A stretch of DNA of 64,000 nt from contig NC_043002.1 in assembly GCF_006345805.1 (NCBI RefSeq), forward strand, positions 71,176,001 through 71,240,000, read 5' to 3'. This document shows, one piece after another, positions 54,496 to 64,000 of this stretch (within the stretch, counting starts at the first letter, position 1; the number at the start of each line of letters is the position of its first letter). This DNA is from Octopus sinensis. Its lineage: Eukaryota. The notes under the pieces are model-generated. The model saw nothing but the letters and a program-made list of their open reading frames with translations, had not been told where the DNA came from and made no database searches. The translations under genes were made by a program, and so were the position numbers.

Positions 54496-56278
54496 AGAGA
54501 GAGAGAGAGAGAGTATTATAATTACTATTTGAAACCGTTTAGCATTCTAGATGAAAAAATATCTAAATCTTCACTAATAAACTGGTAGAGGAACAGTTTA
54601 TTAGCGAAGATTTAATGATATTCTTGTTATACACTATTTGCCCCTTGCATATCGCTGATTGATTAAATGTCAATTTAAACCATTCTGAATCATTTTCTTC
54701 AGACACTCAGTATATAGCATAGCATTCTCTCAACAATCTGAATACTGTATGGGGGTTTCATTCATAATATAACATATTATTCATAATATGTTATATGATC
54801 TCACTGTGACTTCCTTAGTTGATTCGAATTTCTTATTGAAGGTATCGATGTAGTTTAGGACTAGGTTGTCCTTCACCTTGGTGATGTGAGATATTAAGCG
54901 TTGTAGTCATTATGAATATATCATATTTTACTGCGGTGTTCTGCATTTAGATCTATCAGGTACAAAATGTCAAGGTTTGTGAAACGTTAAGAGTGATTTG
55001 TACTACATACATATCTTAATGAATTAAGAAATGATGGTACTATGTACCTTTTCTACGTCTACCAAAAATATAATCGCAAAAACCGAGCCTGCGAGGGATC
55101 CTTTAGATGGTTACTCGAACTCCTAAAATAGCTGCCAAATAATTCTCGCATTTCGTTCAAGTGTTTTCGAAGATGAAGTGCGAAATTAATAGTTGCGTTG
55201 AGTAATTTAGTCTCTGGTATACAAAAGTTTAGAATCGTAGCGAATAGAAATTTCATTGGTAAAAATAGTGCTTGATCAGTGGTTAACCAAGATGCAAATC
55301 AACAGAGAAAACAATAATCAGAGAAAATAGAATTCTCAACACATCATTTCTTCGCAAATTTGTGACTTTGCAACTACTCTAGCAATTAACATATTTTAAA
55401 TTGACATATGTTTTCCTCGAAAGGCTACAGAAAAATCAATTTGTAACAATCTTTAAATATTTGCACTATTTGTCAATTCTTTTTTTTTTCTTTAACAACA
55501 CTCAAAATGATTTTCTGAAAAATTAAAATGGTGAAAGTTCCGTTATTTGTATTCATGAAATTTTATCTACTTCAGTTCATGAACACAACACACCAAAAAA
55601 CACGTATCAAATCGAGAGTTTATTCCTGTAACATACGCACACAACCACACGCACGCACACAAGCCCACACATATAGATATGTTATATGCATACATGCAAC
55701 AGATACACGCATGCATACATATACACACGCGTATGCACACAAACACACACAGTTATGCACACATGCAAATACTCACATATATACGCACATCCGCACACAC
55801 ATATATGTATTGATTTATATGGTTCGTGTATATATGTTTATAGAGATACTAAAATGTTGAGAAGTAATTCCATATTCATACGAAATAACAATCGAATTTA
55901 CCCAAGATTTTCCAATGTTATCGGTTATCTCTCTAGAGTACACTTCGACAGGTTGATTTTTAAAGTTTATTTTTCCTATGTTTCAACATTAGTGCTCCTT
56001 AAAGTGAGCGGTACATTCCAGAAAGCCTGGAGAAAAATTTATACGAAGATAGTAGAGTCAGAGAGCTGTTCGGGACCGTGTGGCAACTGATGTGTTATAT
56101 AGATTTTTAATGTTATCTGCTTAATTAGTGACATTTAAGACATTTAAATGTAATAGTACATTATTCTGCATAGTAGCCACAATCGCATCAAAGACGAGAG
56201 CAATAATAGCAAAGGCCATGACTAAGTTTAGGAGTATAAAATTAAATTGCAAGAATGCATGCCTGATTTTGATCAAAG

Positions 56279-56480
56279 GCATTACCCAGCGCGCGTAAGT
56301 GAAATCAGGGTATTGTAACCACACGTCTTTGTTTGTCTGTGTATTTGCAAGCTTACTGGAATATGGCTGAACGGATTTTCAGATTTGGCAAGAATACTCA
56401 TTGGGTGACTCAAAATGATGAATATTTGGATTGATTATCTTTAGAAATTTTTTCTTTAAATCGAACTTACAAATTTCCTG
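56279..56480 (+). mobile_element. Degenerate HINE/Helentron-like 5' end
   Basis: attaccc...gggtattg inverted motif, then tttgtttgtctgt and ggctgaacggatttt. Confidence 0.4.
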
Positions 56481-56618
56481 ATAAGCAAGTGGTCATGTTT
56501 TATGTTTACTTTATTTTTCATATGAATCTACGCTCGTCTGCGTGTGTATAGATCATGGTGTACATATGCGCGTAGACACGTGCATACATACATAAATACA
56601 TATATAGATATGGGACTC

Positions 56619-56670
<52 letters not shown>

Positions 56671-57179
56671 TGTGTATACTGATGGATTATAGAGTTTCGT
56701 CTATCTACGAGTTAATTTCTTAATTTCATCGGAGTATAAATACCTATAATGGTGTGATTTCAAAAGGAAAAAAAAATTCATACATTCAATTAAAAATTTG
56801 GGATTTATAATTCTGTGAATAATAAATTTTCCATCCTGAAGGCTGTGAGCTATAAGAATCATTAACACACCGGACAAAATGCTTCGCAGCATTCCGTCCG
56901 TCTTTAGGTTCTAAGTTCACATTCCACCGTAGTCAACGTTACCTTTCATATTGTCGAGGTCGATAAGCATCAGTTCAACGCAGCGTTCAATATAAGAGAC
57001 TTTCCTCCATTCCGAAATTAGTGGCCTTGGCGCAATAACTAGAAACAAAAATTAATATTCAGTTCTAATTAATATTTTTTAAATAATACAATTATGCAAG
57101 TGAAATCTTTCCAGATTATGAGAAATTGGAGTGTAGTATAATAAGTAAGGTTTTATTAGCTACTAAATGTAGGATATAA

Positions 57180-57343
57180 GCGTAGGAGTGGCAGTGTGAT
57201 AAGTAGCTTGCTTACCAACCACATCGTTCCGGGTTCAGTCCCACTGCGTAGCACCTTGGGCAAGTGTCTTCTACTACAGCCTCGGGCCGACCAAAGACTT
57301 GTGAGTTGATTTGGTAGACGGAAACTGAAGGAAGCCCGTCGAA

Positions 57344-57433
<90 letters not shown>

Positions 57434-57676
57434 TTATGTGTGTGTGTGTGTGTGTGTGTGAATATTTGCGTGTCTGTGTTTGTCCCCGCAACATCGCTGG
57501 ACAACTGATGCTGGTGTGCTTACGTCCCCGTAACTTAGCGGTTCGTCAAAAGAGACTGATAGTATAAGTACTAGGCTTACAAAGAATAGGTTGTGGGCTC
57601 CATTTGCTCGACTAAAGGCGGTCCTCCAGCATGGCCACAGCCAAATGACTGAAACAAGTAAAAGAGTAAAAGAGTA
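57180..57676 (+). mobile_element. Full-length family A SINE
   Basis: Head gcgtaggagtggcagtgtgataagtagc to tail gtaaaagagtaaaagagt. Confidence 0.9.
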
Positions 57677-58040
57677 GGCATTCATGGTTCAGGGATACGC
57701 TTTCACAATATTCTCTATTAGTTTCTTTTCTTGTGATAATTTGCGTAGTGTAATTTATTTCCGTGTGCGAATGTATACGAACGTGTCAAATATGACTGCG
57801 TTTAACAATATTTCATTCAACGTTGCTTAATGTGACACTAAAGATTCGTCAAAAATATATCTTAAATTCAAATTTACGGGAAAAGACGCAAAACAGTGAA
57901 TTACTGTTAACTTTCTCTCATGTACAACGATTTTCGTACACGGGTTTCTGTTATCTTCGATAATGCTAAATTATCAGTTTTCTGTAGTACACTTTAAGGA
58001 ACAAAAGTTTTTTTTTTCTGAATTCTCTTCTATACCTATA

Positions 58041-59996
58041 GGTTCACGTTTAAAGCACAAAAACGAATAAGAATGCTTAATGTCCCTTAATTGATCAGAG
58101 TTATGACGTAATTTTGCAGTCGACGTGACCGCTCGATTTCTTTTCATTATTTTGTCAGAAAATTCATTTATTATGTCTTTCTGTTATTTTATACTTCGTC
58201 ATTAAGTAAGGTAGTGAGCCAGCAGAGTAATTAACACGTCATATAGAATGTGTTAATTACTCTGCTGGCTTAATAATTCAAGGCTTTTCTTTCGGCTTTA
58301 CTTTCAGAATTCATATCCACCGAGGTCGATTCAGACTTTCATCGTTTCGGCATCAATAATATAAGGACTTGTTCTTCACTAGAGTTGAAATAATCAACTA
58401 GCAACGCCTACAAAATTTCAGGCCATGTGCCTATAGCAGAATGGAAAACAACATCACTACTGTGCAATTTGCGATAATTCGTTCCCCTAACAATGCAGAG
58501 TTTGCGATGATATAAAGTGTCTTCGTTGTATTCAATGCCGCTATTTTATTTTATTTCTTTTTCAGCAACTGAGATTCAGAGAAATAGATGCAATATCCTC
58601 GTATTTTGAAGAGATTAAAAAAAAAAAACATTCATATGAACTTGCTTCAGGCGCATAATATTTTTTCCAGACTATTTATAAATGTCATTGCTTCGCCATT
58701 TTCTTTTTTACAATGATAAGATTTAATTAAAATACATCTATTCTAAAGTTTAAAGAATCTCCGGTTAAACCAAAAGAAGTGGTATAATAATAATAACATT
58801 TCCTAACTTTCAATCTGGTTATCTTCGAGATTATGATTGATGGAGACGGACATGAACTCTATATTGTCTACCCTTGTCTCAGGCATCCACATTTTGATTT
58901 GAACTTACAATAAAACTGAATAATGTAATTGGTTTCCTTAATACAGCGCTGATTAACAGTTTTTGAAATAGAATAACTGCATTTATTTCGTAAATTTACA
59001 TTAAAATAGAATTATTTCGATTTACGCATAAAGTTATTCATTATTTTCTTAGCGTTTGATTTCTGTTTTTATTTACTGTAGTTTCTTCCTTTCCTAGATA
59101 ATTACATTCACTTAAATGATGCAGTAATATCGGTTGTTTCAGACTGAATAAATTTGCAAAGAACGATTTAATGGTACGAGAATTATGTTCCGATTAAATA
59201 AAATCTCGAAAAGAAAATATATATTTTTTTACTATTTATATATAATTGACAGCTGATTTGTCTCGTTAAGTATAAATAAATATCAAGATTACTGAGTTAT
59301 AATGAATTGGTTAATTGATTTTTAAAATGTTGTGAGCTTTCTTTACCAATTCATATTTTCATATAACAACGTTGATGGATTAAATTTAGCAAAAAAAATT
59401 ATTACATAGTTAAAGCATTTTATAAACCCCATCTCACTATCGATTATTATATAATAGCAGATTGCTAATAGCTTTAGATGTCGCTCTGGATTTCTTTAGA
59501 GTTGAATGACCTAAAACCGTATTGTTTTATCGTTCGTATGAGAAAATAATATTCAATGTTCAATGATCTACTTATTAATAATTACTCGCGGTAAACTCAA
59601 CAAAATCAATTGTAAATTGATACTTGTTGGTTACATATATCTGAAACGTAACATAATAGTCAATGCTTAGTTTCAGATCCAACCATGAACTTTGCCTCAA
59701 ATGTGTATGTGCATTAGGATCAATAACTCAAACACTTTCTTTTTATCTTTACTACATAGTAATGGTCTGCAACATGCTCGTATTTACTCTAAGGAACGAT
59801 TTGGCATCGTATATTAAGCTGATAATACGAGTCAACTGATAGAAATGAATTATGCAAATATTCATAATTTACCTGCATTAATTCCAAAGACTATATGGCA
59901 GGTTAATTTGCTTGAAGAAACAACTACAATAGCCTGGGGCCGACCAAAGTCTTGTGAGTGGATTTGGTAGACAGAAACTGAAAGATGTCCGTCGTA

Positions 59997-60079
<83 letters not shown>

Positions 60080-60307
60080 GTGTGTGTGTGTGTGTGTTGT
60101 GTGTGTGTGTGTGTGTGTTTGTGTATGTGTGTGTTGAACAGTTGACGACGTATAAAATAACAGAAATACAAGTATAATAAAATAATTTTCTGACAAAATA
60201 ATGAAAAGAAAACGAGCGGTCCCGTCGACTGTAAAATGATGTCATAACTCTGATCAATTAAGGGACATTAAGCATTCTTATTCGTTTTCGTGTTTTAAAC
60301 ATGAACC
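58041..60307. mobile_element. Candidate non-autonomous DNA element with ~160-bp terminal inverted repeats
   Basis: 58041-58201 is the reverse complement of 60143-60307 with few differences. TATA flanks both ends. The interior is AT-rich with SINE insertions. Confidence 0.65.
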
Positions 60308-60936
60308 TATACTATCGAAACACCAATTACTATCTTAATTAAAGATAGATCGCATTGGTCAATGCAATTCTACGTAACGTCATCTAAATAAAAACATGGT
60401 ATGAAGACGTTTGACAGCGGGATGCAACTCGAAATTAGTTATTTCGAAAGAGTCCAGCAGAATACAACGTATCAAATTCACTGGTGTTGAAATAGTGAAT
60501 TTTGATAAAGGAAACCATATGGTACCAAAACAATATTTAATAGCACTTTAAACTGAATATGATATTACATAATCTTTGAAATATCCGTTCTACCTGGATT
60601 AATATGGTCTTCCATTGCTATGAAATTTCCAGATGTAAATGGAAAAAAAACTCTCATAATAGTGTCGTCGGTGTATTTCATAGAATGCATTTCAGCAATT
60701 CCATTTGGGGAATTGAGATCAGATCAGTTATCAAGGTTCGAATTGGGAGGTTTACTGCGGAATGATCATTATGCAGTACAATGATCAACGACGGAGATTT
60801 AGGATTTGTTACCAGTAAGTTACAGTTTCGCTGAACGTTTGCACCATACACTTCGAGTTACTAATGCCTTTATGAGCGACTTGATTTTGTACTAAATATA
60901 TATCATATATATATACGCAGATTTCGATCAAGAGTG

Positions 60937-60939
60937 GTA

Positions 60940-61000
<61 letters not shown>

Positions 61001-61086
61001 CTGCAGCAGCAGCAGTAGCGGTAGTAGTAGTAATAGTAGTGGCAGCAACAACAGCAACAGCAGCAGTAGTAATAGTAGTAGTAGTA

Positions 61087-61089
<3 letters not shown>
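60937..61089. repeat. (GTA)n/(GCA)n trinucleotide microsatellite
   Basis: Read directly from the sequence. Confidence 0.95.
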
Positions 61090-61147
<58 letters not shown>

Positions 61148-61153
<6 letters not shown>

Positions 61154-61346
61154 TATATATACATGTATACGACGGGCTTCTTTCAGTTTCTGTCTACCAA
61201 ATCAACTCACACCAAATCAACTCACAATGCTTTGGTCCGCCCGAGGCTATAGTAGAAGACACTTGCTCAAGATGCCACGCAGTGGGAATGAACCTGGAAC
61301 CATGTGGTTGGTAAGCAAGCTACTTACCACACAGCCACTCCTGTGC
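61148..61346 (-). mobile_element. Family A SINE 5' half
   Basis: gacgggcttctttcagtttc ... cttaccacacagccactcctgtgcc. Confidence 0.88.
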
Positions 61347-62929
61347 CTTGAAAAGTAGGTTGCTCTAAAGTAGAGAGCCATGCCCATATGTGTTAGAAAG
61401 ATCGCTTGATCTCTTCCGTCCTGGTCAAGGGGAGTGCTAACCGTCTCTCCTTTTTTGCAACGCTCTTTGTAATTTAATGGCAAACGAAGAATGCATTTGT
61501 GCCAGATGTAACATGTTAAGTCATGGACTTAAGAATGATATTATACTGCAGTAAACAAATATGAGAAATACAGGAATAATAAAGCTTTTAATAAAAGGAT
61601 TAAACCTCATGTAGTTATGTCTTCTATATAACATGTTAGGAAAAAAAACTTGCCGCACATATAAAATACGTATAGTGATATAGTTCTATATTTAAGACAT
61701 GAGGAATTATGTACATTATTTACATTCGACGAATATTTGTCCCCATCTTGATTGTTGTTAACACAACCTTTCTGCTGATATACCCTCCAGCCTTCTTCAG
61801 GTGTCCTGGGGAAATTTCGAACCTGGTTTCTCATTCCTAAAGTATTTTTCAATGCTATAATAATAATAATAATTATAATAAGTATTATTATTATTATTAT
61901 TATTGTTGTTGTTGTTGTTCAAGTCACTGCTTGGAATCGAACTCGTAATCTTGGGGTTAGTAACCCGCGCTCTTAACCACTACGCCACATGCCTGTGGAT
62001 GTATAATGACATATTTCGTTTGTGTATGTTCCTATATGTGGCTGTGTCTGTGTGCATTCGAATTACGTGTGGTACCGAACAGTTTCCATTTGGTGTATTT
62101 TATTTGCCAAATGACCAGAGTTTACGGCAGAAAATATTTGCTTAAATGCCGCACAGGGCAATTGACAAATAAAATTACATGGCTCTAAAATAACTTGCTT
62201 ACCACAGTGCCACTTCTGTTGACATGTGCATTGTTGTCTGTACGTTCATTTAATAATTCTTTAACATTGTATAGTGGGAGTATAATTAAGAGTCTGTACC
62301 GTTAGTTTATTATTCATAATTTAATGCAATTCCTACTTTACATATGCATCAACTTCTGTAAATATTTTGCTTTATCCTCAAGAGAATATGAAAAACAAAA
62401 CGCTGTAGAAAGTTTGCAAATTTTACATCAGTTATTTAACGTTTAGACATAACTTAGATACAACTACAATTCAAGTTATACGTCAGCCATTAATTATTAA
62501 TTTGGTTAATGTAGTAATCGGTAAAAATAGTTACTCAATTTCGCAAAAGTAATGTTTATTTTCCATATACAGCATTCTATTTTTAAAGCTATACGTTCTT
62601 ACAAACTAATGTAACTATTGTTTGCTGCTTAAACGAATAAGCTGTCTGTTCTATTCTGTGCTGTAATGAAAAGTTGAATATGAACACAGTTGAATATAAC
62701 GATTAACCCTTTGATAGGGAAGGTCTGTAAGCATTAGTTCGGAAATGAAATTTGCTTGAGAGTTACAAGCTCAGATCCAAAACGTTTTTAAGAACAGTCT
62801 TACCGTTTTTTTAAAATTATTTATATGTTTTTTCTTTGTTTTTTAAGGAGAAACCTAGCTTCAAGCTACTTTTTTCAGGTCAATTTTTACGCACCCTTCT
62901 AAACCTCAGAAAAATAAGAAACTTAGAAA

Positions 62930-64000
62930 ACGTACATTGGTTTCGGCCATTATCGGCCCAAGCCAATAGCACCACCAGGAAAAGTCTTTTAATTAATTAT
63001 TTCGGGACACTATAGACCACTCAAACAGAGAGTTGTTTTTGGTTGAGACATATCCAGGTGGTAGGTGGTTTATCCGGTATTTCCTGGAAGAATTTGTCCA
63101 GGCACCGTTTGAAAGTTGTGGGGTCTTTTTGTATTTTAATTTCTTTCAGTATAACATTGAAAAGAGCATGACCATTTGCAGTGAAGAGATTGTGTCCCAA
63201 TGTTCTTAGGTGATGTGATCTCGACCTTTGTAGGGGACGCCTTGCACGGAGGTTTAGTCTTGGATGGATTGTAAACATAATACCGATATCATTTGGATAA
63301 TATTGATGGAATATTTTCCATATGATGCATATAACGTATCGCTCACGACGGTGTTGCAAAGAATTGAGTTTCAGCTGTTTAAGTCGAGCCCAATAATCAA
63401 GTCCTGTCATACCATTTATTTTTTTAGTGATTAACCTTTATGGCACTTCGATCCTCATTATGCCTTTTTTTTTGTAGGGAAACCATAATGGGCAGCATAT
63501 ATAGCGAATGTGGAAAAGAGAAGGATGATGGTTTCATGATCTCTAGATTGAAAAGTTCTAAGGATTCATGAGCATATTCTGTTGACAACATCGACTTTTT
63601 TGTTGATGTACACACTCCAGCTAGGACTGTTGTTGACAATTACACCTGAGTCTCAGATATTATCCGACGGTTCAAATAGGTCTCCCGACGGTAGTGTATA
63701 TGGTTATTTGAGTGTGCCCTCTTTTCCAAAGTGGATGAGCTCAAATTTTTCTACGTTCAACTGCATGTTGTTTCTTTTATACCCACTGGGTTACTGCGCA
63801 TATGTCCGATTGAAGCATCATTGGACCATATGCTCACTTAATGACTTTCTTAAGCTTAGAGTCATCTGCAAATATTTTAATGGTACTATATTCAATGGAA
63901 TCTGCAATGTCAGTGATATAGACAATAAAAAGAAGTGGACCCAGCAGTGTACCCCGCGAGACTCCGCTGATTACTTTTGCTGGGTTTAAGTGCATGCCAT
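62930..64000 (-). mobile_element. CR1-group LINE 3' part (degenerate reverse transcriptase), running off the window end
   Basis: Minus strand SGVSRGTLLGPLLFIVYITD...KIFADDSKL (GVPQG and YADD motifs) and C-terminal LDYWARLKQLKLNSLQHRRERY. Frameshifts are present. Confidence 0.9.

Noticed and set aside
60809-61122. Poly-Leu / poly-Val ORFs resembling signal or membrane peptides
   Set aside because: They are translations of the (GTA)n microsatellite.
63582-63989. 135-aa plus-strand ORF
   Set aside because: It is the antisense shadow of the minus-strand LINE reverse transcriptase.

Overview
AT-rich, repeat-dominated animal genomic DNA with no host protein-coding exon that I can support. The SINE families and the dense (TA)n/(CA)n microsatellites resemble an Octopus-type cephalopod genome (inference). 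Most ORFs in the track are microsatellite artefacts. The window holds decayed Tc1/mariner elements, two tRNA-derived SINE families, LINE relics, Helentron-like non-autonomous elements and a tandemly duplicated Penelope-like GIY-YIG fragment. The main finding is a set of non-coding tandem repeats that each carry a type I hammerhead ribozyme (HHR) fold. These are a ~483-bp x 6.5 array (20687-23849, minus strand, intact core in 5 of 6 complete copies), a ~556-bp x 2.5 array (47086-48486, plus strand, starting 3 nt after its predicted cleavage site) and a 484-bp x 1.3 unit (15211-15828, minus strand). All three sit in (TA)n tracts. Further HHR motifs lie in the Penelope repeat and as scattered relics. 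The pattern fits non-autonomous, retrozyme-like self-cleaving RNA elements mobilised by Penelope-like machinery. All folds were read by eye and no activity has been tested. Boundaries of degenerate repeats are approximate.
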